Shown here: positions 7,974 to 18,251 of the stretch, piece after piece
How the letters are laid out: each line of letters starts with the position of its first letter
Position numbering within the stretch: the stretch's first letter is position 1
Source of the DNA: Puniceicoccales bacterium
GTDB lineage: Bacteria; Verrucomicrobiota; Verrucomicrobiia; Opitutales; JAIRLG01
Assembly (NCBI GenBank): GCA_031288595.1
Contig: JAITRB010000016.1
Coordinates: 64,281-96,280 of the forward strand
Length of the DNA stretch: 32,000 bases
Direction of reading: 5' to 3'
The notes under the pieces: generated by a model
Databases searched by the model: none
What the model was told of the DNA's origin: nothing
Seen by the model: only the letters and a program-made list of their open reading frames with translations
Made by a program: the position numbers and the translations under genes

Positions 7974-10900
7974 CCTCACAAGTTGTAATGTCTGAAACTT
8001 GTTTGAGCTAGAGTTATACTTGCTCAAGTCTCGGCAGCGGATTCCCATTCGACGAACGGCCTGAAATTGCTGCTCCAGTTGGCGGAGGCGCGGGAACTTG
8101 AATGGGCACTGGAAGGAAAGGGGCAGGGGAATTTCCAGAAATCGTTCCTCATCGGGGAAATAGAAGCGGAGCTGCAACGTGCAGGAGCCACTCTGCTCCT
8201 GGATGAATGCATGGAGGGCGTCGAGGAAGGCATCGATGTCCGCAGCCGAGCTGTCCAGCTCCCAGAAAATTTCCCGTACAAGCTGGGAAAGTGCTTCGTC
8301 CATGGGCTGGATCTCGCTGACGCTGAGGCGAATTTCCTCATTTTGCCGCCGGACGCTCCCCTGAACGATGAAACTGTCCCCTTCGCTCAAGCGCTGGATG
8401 ACCCGCTCGTAGGTATCGGGGAAACAACTCATGGCCCAGACGCGGTCGCGGGTCTCGAGGTCGAAGGTGGCCCAGGGGCGTTGGTCGCGAACGGGTCCGG
8501 CCGTGGGGCAGGAGCTTCGGGCGATGCGCTGGGTGAAGCGTTTTTGGAGATTCTGCAGAACGCCACAGAGGCGAAAGTGAGCCTGGTGTGCCTGTTCGTG
8601 AAGCCGATTTTCCGCCGGTGAATTGATGGCTTCCAAGAGAGTTCCATAGGGCGCCAGGGGATGACCGGTGACGTAGAAACCCAGTAGTTCCTTCTCGTGG
8701 CGCCACTTCTCCTGGGGAGGCATCGCCATCGTCGGAACGGGGGAAGCAGAGGCCGTTGCGGCGGTTTCCGGAGCCTCCGGGAGCTCGGACCAAAGATCGA
8801 AGAGCTGAGATTGCCCCGCATCGCGGTCTTTTTGCAGCGAGGAGGCCTCGGCCATGGCGGTGTCGAGACCATCGAGCAGGGACTGTCGGTCTTCGCCCCA
8901 CTCATCGAAACTGCCACATTTGATCAGGGATTCCAGCACGCGTCGGTTGACCGTGTGCAGGTCGACACGCCGCAGAAAGTCCCGAAAGCTCTTGAAGGCT
9001 CTATGCCCTTCCCGTTCGACTAAAATGTTCTTCGAAGCCGCTTCTCCTACACCCTTGATGGCCGCCAATCCGAAGCGAATGCATGACTTTTCCAAGTTCG
9101 GAGTGAAATCTTCCAGCGATTCATTGATGTTCGGGGCTAGGATCGGGATTTCCATCCGGCGACACTCGGCGATGAAAGTCGCCATTTTATCCGCATTACC
9201 CAACTCGGCCGAGAGCAGGGCCGCCATGAAGGCAACGGGGTAGTGCGCCTTGAGGTAGGCGGTTTGGTAGGCGATGACGGCGTAGGCGGCGGAGTGGGAC
9301 TTATTGAAGCCATAGCCGGCAAATTTTTCCAGAATGTCAAAAATCTCCTCAGCCTTGATTCTGGGTATGCGGTGGTGCTTGCGGGCGCCCTCGATGAAAA
9401 CCGCCCGCTGCTTGGCCATTTCCTCCACCTTTTTCTTCCCCATGGCGCGCCGCAGGATGTCCGCACCGCCGAGGGTATAGCCGGCGATGACCCGGGCGGC
9501 CTCCATGACCTGTTCCTGATAGACCAGGATGCCGTAGGTTTCTCGGCAGATCTGCTCCAGCAGCGGGTGTGGATAGCGGATTTTTGCTGGATCTTTTTTG
9601 CCGGCGACGTAGGCCGGAATCCACTCCATGGGCCCTGGCCGGTAGAGGGCACTCAAGGCACTGATCTCCTCGACGCTGGAGATCTCGAATTTTCGGCAAA
9701 GGGACCGCATGCCCTCCGACTCCAATTGAAAGATACCGGTGGTCTCCCCGCTGTTGAGCAGGGCATAGGTCGCCGCATCGTCGAGCGGAATGTCGAGGAT
9801 GTGGAAGTCCGGCTGCCGGGTGTGCAGCTGCACGTGCCGCTCGGCATCGGCGATGACGGTGAGGGTCTTGAGGCCCAGAAAATCCATCTTCAGCAGACCC
9901 AATTCTCCCACCGGTTCCATGGAGAACTGCGTCGTCAAGCTGCCCTCCTGCAGGCAGACCGGAATGTGCTGCTCGATGGGACGGTCGGAGATCAGGATGC
10001 CGCAGGCGTGGGAGCCGGTGTTGCGCACCATACCTTCGATCACCTTGCCCTCCTCGATGATCTTCTGGGCCGTCGGGTTGCGCCGCACCTCCTGCTGGAG
10101 TTCTGGGGATTTCTGCAGGGCCTCTTCGAGGGTGATCTTCAGATCGTCCGGCACCATCTTGGCCATGTTATTCGCTTCGGAGTAGGGGATGTCATGCACT
10201 CGACAGAGGTCGCGCAGAACCATTTTTGCCCCGAAGGTGCCGAAGGTGATGATGTTGGCCACCCTATCCGCGCCGTACTTCTGGCGCACGTAGCCGATGA
10301 CCTCTTCGCGCCGCCGCATGCAGAAGTCGATGTCGAAGTCCGGTGGCGAAACGCGCTCGGGATTGAGAAAGCGCTCGAAGAGCAGGCCGAAGGCGATGGG
10401 GTCAATGTCCGTGATGCGCAGGACATAGGCGACGAGACAGCCAGCTCCCGAGCCCCGGCCTGGGCCGACGGAAATGTGATGCTGTCGGGCCCAGGCGATG
10501 AAGTCCCAGACGATGAGGAAGTAGTCGAGGAATCCGGTTTCCTCGATGGTGCGCAGCTCGTAATCCATGCGCTCGCAGAGCATTTTCTGGCGTTTCGAAG
10601 GGGCGTCCTTCCCCGTGAGCATTTCTGGATTTTGGTAGGAAATGCCGTAGCGCTCCTGGAGACCCTGAACGCAGAGTGCGCGCAGGTGGGCCGCGTGGTC
10701 TCCTCGGTAGAGAGTAAGTTCTGCCGGGCTCTGGTGAAAGACGGGATAATGGTTCTCGCCATAGGGCAGCCGGAACTCGCAGCACTCCGCGACCCGAAGG
10801 GTATTGTCCAGCGCGTCCGGACGTTCGCCGAAAATAGCCTCCATCTCCGCCCGAGACTTGAGGTAGAACTGGCGCGACGACATGCGCATGCGCTCGGCGT

Positions 10901-11591
10901 CCTGAATGCGGGAAGCAGTCTGGATGCAGAGCAGGGCATCCTGGGCCTCCCAATCCTGAGCCTTGACGTAATGCGCATCATTCGTCGCGACGACGGGCAC
11001 CCCAGCCTCGTCCGCCAGCCGGAAGAGCTGAGGAAGGATCTCCGCCTGCTCGGGCATGCCGTGGTTCTGGACTTCGACAAAGAGGCGCTCGCGGCCAAAG
11101 ATGTCGATGAGACGGTAAAGACCGGATTTGGCCTCGTCGTAGAGGCCTTTGCGGAGCCTGTCGGACAGGTAGCCCTGCAGGCAACCGGTGAGACAGAGAA
11201 GGTCTTGGGCATTCTCGGCTATGGTCTGCCAGTTGATGCGCGGTTTGTAGTAAAATCCCTGGGTGTGGGCCAGCGAGACCAGGTGCGAGAGGCGGCGATA
11301 GCCCTCCAGGGTTTGGGCGATGAGCTCCAGATGATAGAGTGGAAAACGCTCCCGAACGCGAAAATCCTCCGAGAAGAGTGTGTAGAATTCGCAACCGATG
11401 AGGGGTTTTATCCCGTATTTCTCCGCTTCTTTGATGAAGCTAGGGATGGCGAAGACATTGCCATGATCGGTCATGGCCACCGCCGGCATGCCGAGTTTAT
11501 GGACATGTTCCAGAAGCCGGTCGATGCGACAGGCCCCGTCGAGCAGGCTATAGTCGGTGTGGACGTGGAGATGGACGAAATTTTTCTCCAT
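7968..11591 (-). CDS. dnaE: DNA polymerase III subunit alpha
   Basis: 1207-aa ORF. PHP domain start [14 protein letters not shown], plus conserved segments [12 protein letters not shown] and [25 protein letters not shown]. Confidence 0.97.
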   Translation of the reverse strand: MEKNFVHLHVHTDYSLLDGACRIDRLLEHVHKLGMPAVAMTDHGNVFAIPSFIKEAEKYGIKPLIGCEFYTLFSEDFRVRERFPLYHLELIAQTLEGYRRLSHLVSLAHTQGFYYKPRINWQTIAENAQDLLCLTGCLQGYLSDRLRKGLYDEAKSGLYRLIDIFGRERLFVEVQNHGMPEQAEILPQLFRLADEAGVPVVATNDAHYVKAQDWEAQDALLCIQTASRIQDAERMRMSSRQFYLKSRAEMEAIFGERPDALDNTLRVAECCEFRLPYGENHYPVFHQSPAELTLYRGDHAAHLRALCVQGLQERYGISYQNPEMLTGKDAPSKRQKMLCERMDYELRTIEETGFLDYFLIVWDFIAWARQHHISVGPGRGSGAGCLVAYVLRITDIDPIAFGLLFERFLNPERVSPPDFDIDFCMRRREEVIGYVRQKYGADRVANIITFGTFGAKMVLRDLCRVHDIPYSEANNMAKMVPDDLKITLEEALQKSPELQQEVRRNPTAQKIIEEGKVIEGMVRNTGSHACGILISDRPIEQHIPVCLQEGSLTTQFSMEPVGELGLLKMDFLGLKTLTVIADAERHVQLHTRQPDFHILDIPLDDAATYALLNSGETTGIFQLESEGMRSLCRKFEISSVEEISALSALYRPGPMEWIPAYVAGKKDPAKIRYPHPLLEQICRETYGILVYQEQVMEAARVIAGYTLGGADILRRAMGKKKVEEMAKQRAVFIEGARKHHRIPRIKAEEIFDILEKFAGYGFNKSHSAAYAVIAYQTAYLKAHYPVAFMAALLSAELGNADKMATFIAECRRMEIPILAPNINESLEDFTPNLEKSCIRFGLAAIKGVGEAASKNILVEREGHRAFKSFRDFLRRVDLHTVNRRVLESLIKCGSFDEWGEDRQSLLDGLDTAMAEASSLQKDRDAGQSQLFDLWSELPEAPETAATASASPVPTMAMPPQEKWRHEKELLGFYVTGHPLAPYGTLLEAINSPAENRLHEQAHQAHFRLCGVLQNLQKRFTQRIARSSCPTAGPVRDQRPWATFDLETRDRVWAMSCFPDTYERVIQRLSEGDSFIVQGSVRRQNEEIRLSVSEIQPMDEALSQLVREIFWELDSSAADIDAFLDALHAFIQEQSGSCTLQLRFYFPDEERFLEIPLPLSFQCPFKFPRLRQLEQQFQAVRRMGIRCRDLSKYNSSSNKFQTLQLVRS

Positions 11592-11800
11592 GGCGATGAG
11601 CGAGAGGAAGATATTCCTCGAAAAAGAGCCGGAAGGTCAAGGCCGCTTGTGGAAGGAAAGTCCAATCCGTTTCTCTTGGAGCCCCTCCATTCCTTGGGGG
11701 ATAGAGGGTTGTCTAGAAACTGTCTGGACTGAGAAGAACTCGCAGGCTCTCTTCCAGATCCGGGAAATTTCGCCGAAGCCCGCTGGCTCTCATTTTTTTT

Positions 11801-11890
11801 AGCTGGCTTTGCCCCAGGCCGCTGGCACAGCCATCGGCCTGGGGCGGCCCGCGCAGCGGGCAGCGATTCTGAAAGAATCGAAAGCCAGCT
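11801..11890 (-). repeat. Cloverleaf-like intergenic repeat, copy 4 (inverted orientation)
   Basis: Closing stem AGCTGGCTTT (11801-11810) pairs with AAAGCCAGCT (11881-11890). Long hairpin CCCCAGGCCG (11812-11821) pairs with CGGCCTGGGG (11835-11844). Core GCCCGC-gca-GCGGGC at 11847-11861. Short hairpin CGATTC-tgaaa-GAATCG at 11864-11880. Confidence 0.75.
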
Positions 11891-12238
11891 GGCGAAGACC
11901 TCTCCCACCTCATTGACCGCTCTCCACCGCAGAAAAACGAAAGCCTCATCGCTCGTGAGGAGAAGAGTCTAGCTTCGGTGTGAAGGTCTGTTGCTTGAGT
12001 CGGGCACCGCGTTCGACGCGCTCCGTCTCGAATTTGAAGCTGGTGTCCCGCGGGAGGGACGGAGGGCCGAATCCATTTTCCACCGGCAGAGCTCCCGAAC
12101 TAAAAGCCCCCATGAAAAGGGTGAGCTCCCATTTTTTATACGTGTTCATGGGGCTTTGGATCCCGAAGGGATATGACGGGATGCATTGGAATTGTGACGG
12201 GATAAAAGGGAAAAAACGCTGCGATTATTCGGCATCAG

Positions 12239-13483
12239 CTATCCAGAAAAGCCCTTGATGAGAGTGACGAGTGGGAGGAAGAGCCCGACGACGATGGAGC
12301 CGACAAAGACGGCTAAACCTGCGATCATGATCGGCTCGAGCAGCTTCGTCATCTGCTGGATGCTCTCATTGAGTTGGTATTCATAGGTCTCCGCTACGCG
12401 GTTCATCATCTCCCCGATGCTGCCCGTTTGATCTCCCATGGCCATCAGCCCCTGGGCCATGGCTGGGAATACCTGATGGCGCCGGAAAGCCTCGGCAAAG
12501 CTTATGCCGTGCGTGAGATCATCGACCACGTAGTCCAGTGCCTGGCGGATAGTGGCGTTTTTAACACCTCCTTTGGCGAGTTGCAGGGACTCCAGCAGTG
12601 GCGCACCGCAGTGGAGCAATTCGCCGAAGGTACGGGTAAAAAGGACGATGTTCCACTCGGTGACCATGGTCTTCAGGATGGTAATTTTAAAGAATACGCG
12701 TTCACAGAGAATGCCAAAGCGCTTCCACTTCCTCAGGGAGAACAGGGATGGAAACACACACAGGAGCGTGATGAGGATGGATTTCCAGTTGGCCAGCAAC
12801 CAGCGGCTGGCTCCGAGGATGCAGGCCGTGAGCTTCGGCATGCCCTCGGGGCCGACTTGTTCGGCCAGGATCGATTCGAAACGGGGAATGACGAAAAGCG
12901 TCAGAATGGAAACGATGATGGCGGCGGCAAATAGGACGAATAGGGGATAGAAAGAAGCAGATATGATGGCTCTACGGATACGCGCGCTCTTGATGATCAG
13001 TTCGGAGAGATGGGAGAGGGCCTGAGGTAGTTTGCCGACCGATTCGCCAGCACGGATCATCGCAATTTCATGAGCCTCGAAATTGGCCTTTATGCTCTTA
13101 AGGGCATCGGAGAGACTTTCGCCCGAATCGATGTGCCGGATAAGGGATTTCAAGAAATCAGCCATGCGGGAAGAGCGAGATTCCTGGATCAGGAGAATCC
13201 CCAGACTGGCCCTCAGCTCCATGCCGGCATTCATGAGGATAGCCAATTGCTGGATCAGCTGTGATTTTTGCTCTTTGGGGAGGCGCTTGGCTCGTCCAGG
13301 TGTTCGCCTGATGAGGGCATTACTGTGGCTTTTCGTCCGCGCTTGGGTCTTCAGTGTCTCCAGAAGAAGGATGCGATGTCCGGCATCTTGGAATCGCTTC
13401 TCCAACTCCCATTGGCTCTGACTCTCGACCTTCCCGTAGAAGCGCTTCCCGCTCGGGTCCTCTGTTACGTAACGAAAAAGCAT
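12239..13483 (-). CDS. gspF: Type II secretion / type IV pilus platform protein (GspF/PilC family)
   Basis: Polytopic membrane protein of GspF size. It shows GspF-like repeated organisation, with cytoplasmic helical segments such as LIQQLAILMNAGMELRASL alternating with TM helices. I place the start at ATG 13481-13483 (MLFRYVTEDPSGKRFYGK...). The upstream 51 codons of the tracked ORF run into repeat copy 5. Confidence 0.8.
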   Translation of the reverse strand: MLFRYVTEDPSGKRFYGKVESQSQWELEKRFQDAGHRILLLETLKTQARTKSHSNALIRRTPGRAKRLPKEQKSQLIQQLAILMNAGMELRASLGILLIQESRSSRMADFLKSLIRHIDSGESLSDALKSIKANFEAHEIAMIRAGESVGKLPQALSHLSELIIKSARIRRAIISASFYPLFVLFAAAIIVSILTLFVIPRFESILAEQVGPEGMPKLTACILGASRWLLANWKSILITLLCVFPSLFSLRKWKRFGILCERVFFKITILKTMVTEWNIVLFTRTFGELLHCGAPLLESLQLAKGGVKNATIRQALDYVVDDLTHGISFAEAFRRHQVFPAMAQGLMAMGDQTGSIGEMMNRVAETYEYQLNESIQQMTKLLEPIMIAGLAVFVGSIVVGLFLPLVTLIKGFSG

Positions 13484-13584
13484 GGTCCCATCCCAATGAA
13501 TTGTAAGGGGAAAGCATTTTCCTGTCGAGGGAGAAGCTTCGGAAGGAGGTCGCGAAGGACTTCGGTGTTTTGGAAACAGTCTTC

Positions 13585-13689
13585 GTCCTGCCGCCTTTAC
13601 GCCCTTGGCCAGGAAGGGCTTGCCCTTCCTGGCCAAGGGCGCCGCCCGCGCAGCGGGCGGGAACCTTTCAGGTTCAAAGGCGGCAGGAC
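13585..13689 (-). repeat. Cloverleaf-like intergenic repeat, copy 5 (inverted orientation)
   Basis: The 14-bp closing stem pairs 13585-13598 with 13676-13689 (core CCTGCCGCCTTT with AAAGGCGGCAGG). Long hairpin has perfect 19-bp arms, 13601-13619 with 13622-13640. Core CCGCCCGC-gca-GCGGGCGG at 13642-13660. Short hairpin GAACC-tttca-GGTTC at 13661-13675. Confidence 0.8.
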
Positions 13690-13869
13690 ACCTGAGAAGG
13701 CAGCGCGTCTGGAAAGGAGGCCTTTCCCTTCTCCTGGCTTCCCCTGGTCGCCGCTGGAGCGGATATGCGGCTTCGGAGGCCTCGGGATAATTTGAGGGGC
13801 AGCGGGATGCGCTTTACATGGGGGGGATCTTTGCTACTAGAGGATTTAAAAACTCGAGGAAAGAGCGCG

Positions 13870-15216
13870 ATGTTCGAGGCGATTGCGGATAAGATGAGCC
13901 GGGCCCTGAGGGCGATACGGGGCCTGCACAGGATTTCGGAGGCCAATGTCACGGATGCCCTGGCCCATGTGAAAACGGCTCTCCTGGGTGCCGATGTCCA
14001 TTACAAGGTGGCGAAGGACTTCATCGCCCGCGTGCAGGAGAGGTGCTTGGGCCAGAAGGTCCTGCTGGGTGTGACGCCCGGGCAGCAGCTTATCCGCGAG
14101 ATCCATGCGGAACTCGTCGCACTGCTGGGAGGCGACGGGGCAGCGGACTTCTTCGGCCGCAGGCCGCTGAAGCTGGTTTTAGTAGGCCTTCACGGTTCCG
14201 GCAAGACGACGACGAGCGTCAAGTTGGCGGTCATGCTGCGGGAAAAGGCTTATCGTCCGGCTGTCATCGCCTGCGATGTCCATCGTCCCGCCGCCATCGA
14301 CCAGCTGGAACAGCTGGCCCAGAAGGCGGATATCCCCTTCTATAGTCTCCGTGGGGAGACGGATGTGCTCTCGATAGCCGCTGCCGGTCTCTCCTGGGCA
14401 GAAGGCCAGGCAGCGGATGCCATTCTGTGGGATACCGCCGGTCGCCTGCAGATCGACGAGCCCCTGATCCAGGAGCTGAAGGATCTGCGTATGCGGGTCA
14501 AACCCCAGGAAATCCTGCTGGTGGCGGATGCTGCTCTGGGTCAGGAAGCAGTTAATGTCGCCCAGCATTTCCACAAAGCAGTCTCCTTGACGGGCATCAT
14601 CCTGAGCAAGATGGACGGCGATGCTCGGGGCGGAGCGGCCCTTTCCATGAAGTCAGTGGCGCAGGTGCCGATCCGCTTCATCGGAACTGGCGAGAAGGTT
14701 TCGGACCTGGAGATCTTTCATGCCGAACGCGTTGCCCAGCGAATCCTGGGCATGGGAGACATCGTCTCGCTCGTCGAGAAGACCGAGGCCGTGATCGATC
14801 GGCAGGAATCCGAGAAGCTGGCGGAGAAGATCCGGCGTTCCAGCTTTAGTCTGGAAGATTTTCTGCAGCACCTGCGCCGATTCCAGACAACGGGATCGAT
14901 CGGCTCGCTGTTGCAGTATTTCCCGAATTCACATCATCTTTCCTCCGAAGAGGCCGACCGGCGCTTCAAAAGACTGGAGGCCATGATCTCCTCCATGACT
15001 CCACAGGAACGGAGGCATCCGGAGATTCTCCATGGCCAGCGGCGCCTGCGCATCGCCAGGGGCTCCGGTACAAAACTGGCCGAGGTTAATTCTCTCCTGA
15101 AGCAGTTCCGCCAGATGCAGCAGATGATGAAGAGGACGAAAAGTGCCCAGGGTCGTCGGGAACTGCAACGGATGATGGCGCAGATGGACCTAGAGGAAGC
15201 TCCATCCTTGAGCTAG
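13870..15216 (+). CDS. ffh: Signal recognition particle protein Ffh
   Basis: P-loop GLHGSGKTTT, DTAGR, SKMDGDARGG, and a Met-rich M domain at the C-terminus. The start is taken at ATG 13870 (MFEAIADKMSRAL...). The upstream part of the tracked ORF is non-homologous leader. Confidence 0.95.
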   Translation: MFEAIADKMSRALRAIRGLHRISEANVTDALAHVKTALLGADVHYKVAKDFIARVQERCLGQKVLLGVTPGQQLIREIHAELVALLGGDGAADFFGRRPLKLVLVGLHGSGKTTTSVKLAVMLREKAYRPAVIACDVHRPAAIDQLEQLAQKADIPFYSLRGETDVLSIAAAGLSWAEGQAADAILWDTAGRLQIDEPLIQELKDLRMRVKPQEILLVADAALGQEAVNVAQHFHKAVSLTGIILSKMDGDARGGAALSMKSVAQVPIRFIGTGEKVSDLEIFHAERVAQRILGMGDIVSLVEKTEAVIDRQESEKLAEKIRRSSFSLEDFLQHLRRFQTTGSIGSLLQYFPNSHHLSSEEADRRFKRLEAMISSMTPQERRHPEILHGQRRLRIARGSGTKLAEVNSLLKQFRQMQQMMKRTKSAQGRRELQRMMAQMDLEEAPSLS

Positions 15217-15425
15217 GAATTGCAGTATGCGGAAAGAGTTCTGGCAGCTCGTGAGGAGCCGGCGATTTGTCCGCCTCGTGCTTGTCTCCTTTATCACGGC
15301 GAGTGCGATTTGCACCTAGTTCTTCGGCGAGATATCTTTTCATCGGTCCGCAGCAATGCTCATTCCTTTTAGAAGGAGCGTGTATTCGCTGAATGTCTTA
15401 AAAGTTGCGGAAGACCGTCGGAGAT

Positions 15426-17099
15426 TCATCCTTTTTCTCCTCGGGCCCTCGATGCTGCCCGCTTGTACTGACGGCGGAAGCTGTTACTCAAATCCATCTG
15501 GCAACGGTTGGCAAATAGGGGATCCTTGTGGTGGGCGATTTCGGCGAAGGAACTGCAGACAGTGCCGTAGGCCATCGGCCGCATGTCGGAAAAAATCTCC
15601 AGCGCTTCAGCCGCGTCTTTGGTTCGACCCTCGTCCTGTGCGCAGATGATTTGTTCCCAGGCCTCGCTCAGCTCGTCCGCCACATCGAGAAAAATCGTCT
15701 TGATGACCGCGCCGAGAAGATTGTGTACCGGCCGCGTCCACTCCGGGCGGTAGACAAAGGCATCGGCCGATTCGTAGGGATTTTCATAGCCCTCCAGGCG
15801 CAGCGGGCGGTACTCGTCCCCGTAAACCGTCTTGAGAATGGGCGTTCGGCACAGGGGGGCCCAGATAGGCCCCCCGGGCACTCCCGGTTTAAAGGCCAGC
15901 AGTTGCTGACCCGCTAAGGAGAGGATGTACTCCATGAATGCCCGGGCATGTGGCGGATGCTGAGCGCCGCGGAAGAGCGAGATCGGGTCCGGCGAAGGCG
16001 AGCCCCCGCCCCGGGGCAGCACCGAGGCGAAGCGCCGTACGCCGTCCCGTTCCTGGATATTCGCCTGCTGGGCCCTGCTGTAAAAGTCAACGGCAATCCC
16101 GACTGGGCAGTTGCCGGCGGCGACATCGGTGACCGTTTTGCCGGAAGAATCGGTGAAGTAGCGCCCATTGGCGATGATCTTCTGCAGCAGCTGGAGGCCT
16201 CGGATCCAACCCTGCTCTATCGCCTGTCGCTCCAATGCCTGGACCGCCGAGGTATTAGCGCATTCCCTCTGTCGCTCTCGCAGCGCTTCCTGCATCTGCT
16301 GCTGGATGAGCATTTCGAAGGACTTCAGGGTCGAGGAACTTTTGGACGGATCTACGATGGCGATGCCCCTGAAAAATTTCGGATTCGCCAAGTCTGTCCA
16401 GCGCTGGGGGAGATGTTCGATCCCCAGTTCTCTCAGAGCATCTTCGTTGTAGATGATCTCAAAGGTGGTGAGACTGCCGCCGTACCAGAGACCCTCCTCG
16501 TCGTAGAGCCGCTCGCCGGCGAAAATGGAGGGAATCTGATCCTCCGCGAAAAGCTCCGGATCTTCCTCCTTCAGTCGGCTGGCCACGATATAGCCCTTTC
16601 GGCCATTCAGCTCATGCTCGAAGATCCCGCCGCCGAAGAAGAGGTCGACCCCGCATCCAACCTGGGAATTCAGGAAGGCATCCCGGACTTCCCTTTCCAA
16701 GGGCGAGGACTGGGGACCGATTTCTTCCAGGCGCAGAAAGATGCCTCGGATTTCCTGGTTCCAACGGCGGCCGAGCCCTTCCCAGTGGAGGCGAAAGTGA
16801 TTGAGAAACATGGAATCGACGTAGCGGGCGACGTCGCGACCGCCCCCCGGATGCCGCCAATCGATGACGACTTTCCTGCCCGTCTTCTGGCGGTACCAGT
16901 CCTGAAACCCGTGACTGTACTCCCGTCGCAGCGCCTCGTTATGGGCCGTGATGATGACCAGGACATCTTCACTGTTCGTCGGGACGAGGGAGTCGGAGGG
17001 GGAGCGGAAGAGAAAGGGAATGGCGATGACCAGGACGATGAAGGCGAGGATCACGAGGAGCTTTGCCCTGGAACTTGACTCGGATTGGGGGTTTAGCAT
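15426..17099 (-). CDS. ABC transporter substrate-binding protein, membrane-anchored (Fe3+/polyamine-type family by resemblance)
   Basis: 557-aa ORF with an N-terminal anchor helix LLVILAFIVLVIAIPFLF and a large soluble domain. It lies directly downstream of an ABC ATPase. The family call is by general resemblance only, and the substrate is unknown. Confidence 0.65.
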   Translation of the reverse strand: MLNPQSESSSRAKLLVILAFIVLVIAIPFLFRSPSDSLVPTNSEDVLVIITAHNEALRREYSHGFQDWYRQKTGRKVVIDWRHPGGGRDVARYVDSMFLNHFRLHWEGLGRRWNQEIRGIFLRLEEIGPQSSPLEREVRDAFLNSQVGCGVDLFFGGGIFEHELNGRKGYIVASRLKEEDPELFAEDQIPSIFAGERLYDEEGLWYGGSLTTFEIIYNEDALRELGIEHLPQRWTDLANPKFFRGIAIVDPSKSSSTLKSFEMLIQQQMQEALRERQRECANTSAVQALERQAIEQGWIRGLQLLQKIIANGRYFTDSSGKTVTDVAAGNCPVGIAVDFYSRAQQANIQERDGVRRFASVLPRGGGSPSPDPISLFRGAQHPPHARAFMEYILSLAGQQLLAFKPGVPGGPIWAPLCRTPILKTVYGDEYRPLRLEGYENPYESADAFVYRPEWTRPVHNLLGAVIKTIFLDVADELSEAWEQIICAQDEGRTKDAAEALEIFSDMRPMAYGTVCSSFAEIAHHKDPLFANRCQMDLSNSFRRQYKRAASRARGEKG

Positions 17100-17129
17100 A
17101 AGACCCGAAATGGGCGGAATGCAGAGCCC

Positions 17130-18200
17130 TTAGTCCGAGAGAATGACGACGTCTTCCGGCGAAGCATAGGCGTAGACCATCTTTTGCTGAAAGGACTCGA
17201 AGTGCTGGGGATTCAGCTCGGAGATTTTGAGGGAAATGCCATTCTTCTCGAACTGGTAGTGGGCAATTTCACCGAAATAGGTGGCCGTCTCGATGTGCCC
17301 CTCGATGCAGTTGTCCTCCGAGGGATAAAGGTCCAGTCGCAGCACTTCCGGTCGGATGGAGACCTGAATTTTCGTACCTGCTGTGGGCACCCGGTCCCGA
17401 TTGGATAGGACACCGCTAAAGCTCCCGACCTGTGTCCTCACCATGATTCCCTCCGCATGGCTGCGCAGAACGACTCCCTCCAGGAGGTTGGTCTCGCCTA
17501 TGAAATTCGCCACAAAGGTATTTTTCGGCCGCCGGTAGAGCTCCATCGGCGTGCCCACCTGTTCCACCTTCCCCTTCGACAGCACGGCGATGCGATCGGC
17601 GATGGAAAGCGCTTCCTTCTGGTCATGGGTCACGTAAATCGTCGTCAGTCCGTTCTCCTTGCAGATTTTCCGTATCTCGACCCGCATCTCATTGCGCAAC
17701 TGGGCATCGAGGTTGGAGAGCGGTTCGTCCAGGAGTAGGCAGTTCGGCCGCACGACCAGCGCCCGAGCTAAGGCTACTCGCTGCTGCTGGCCACCGGAAA
17801 GCTCATTGGGTCTCCGCCTGGCGTAGTCCTTCATCTGGACTATCTCCAGAGCTTCCCCCGTCTTTTTTTCCACCTCATCCCTGGGGAGCTTTTGCTGCTC
17901 CAGGCCAAAGGCGACATTCTGGGCTACCGTCATGTGCGGCCAGAGGGCATAGCTCTGGAAGACCATACCCGTTCCCCGCTTATGGGGAAGAAGGCGGGTG
18001 ACATCTCGTTCGCCGAAACAGATGCGCCCCCCATCCGGTAGGCAGAATCCCGCAATACTGCGCAGGAGCGTCGTCTTCCCGCAGCCGCTGGGGCCAAGCA
18101 GGAAGAACAGCTCACCCGAGTGGATGGAGAGCCCGATATGGTCCAGTGCAAGCACGTCCTGGAATCGCTTGAGCAGTTTCCGAATCCTTATTTCAACCAT
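17130..18200 (-). CDS. ABC transporter ATP-binding protein (PotA/FbpC-like importer ATPase with C-terminal TOBE-like domain)
   Basis: Walker A GPSGCGKTT, signature LSGGQQQRV, Walker B LLLDEPLS. About 120 extra C-terminal residues are typical of importer ATPases. Confidence 0.9.
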   Translation of the reverse strand: MVEIRIRKLLKRFQDVLALDHIGLSIHSGELFFLLGPSGCGKTTLLRSIAGFCLPDGGRICFGERDVTRLLPHKRGTGMVFQSYALWPHMTVAQNVAFGLEQQKLPRDEVEKKTGEALEIVQMKDYARRRPNELSGGQQQRVALARALVVRPNCLLLDEPLSNLDAQLRNEMRVEIRKICKENGLTTIYVTHDQKEALSIADRIAVLSKGKVEQVGTPMELYRRPKNTFVANFIGETNLLEGVVLRSHAEGIMVRTQVGSFSGVLSNRDRVPTAGTKIQVSIRPEVLRLDLYPSEDNCIEGHIETATYFGEIAHYQFEKNGISLKISELNPQHFESFQQKMVYAYASPEDVVILSD

Positions 18201-18251
18201 GGGAAATTCGCGGGTGCCGGTGTGGACGATGAAGGCGTCTCGTCAAAACTG

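Noticed and set aside
9243-11732. 829-aa plus-strand ORF, plus many 100-350 aa ORFs in other frames across 8.0-11.6 kb
   Set aside because: These lie antisense or out of frame within dnaE, whose identity is unambiguous. Their products are Gly/Arg/Ala/Val-rich low-complexity sequence, typical of shadow ORFs in GC-rich coding DNA.
11990-12040. GTTCGA-containing segment (GCGTTCGACGCGC) as a possible tRNA T-arm
   Set aside because: The stem is only 3-4 bp and the loop is not the 7-nt T-loop. No acceptor, D or anticodon arms could be built around it.
13484-13869. N-terminal extensions of the tracked ORFs for gspF (to 13636), ffh (from 13765), lysS (to 24377), the dUTPase-like gene (from 24066) and miaB (to 22558)
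   Set aside because: The extensions are non-homologous to the respective families and mostly read through the cloverleaf repeats or overlap the neighbouring gene. Internal Met codons give proteins of canonical length and N-terminal sequence.
15227-15319. 30-codon ORF (MRKEFWQLVRSRRFVRLVLVSFITASAICT) just downstream of ffh
   Set aside because: It is plausible as a small hydrophobic peptide. But there is no ribosome-binding site that I can see, no recognisable family, and it is too short to support from sequence alone.
15948-17078. 376-aa plus-strand ORF
   Set aside because: It is entirely antisense to the substrate-binding protein gene and has no recognisable motifs. It is a shadow ORF.
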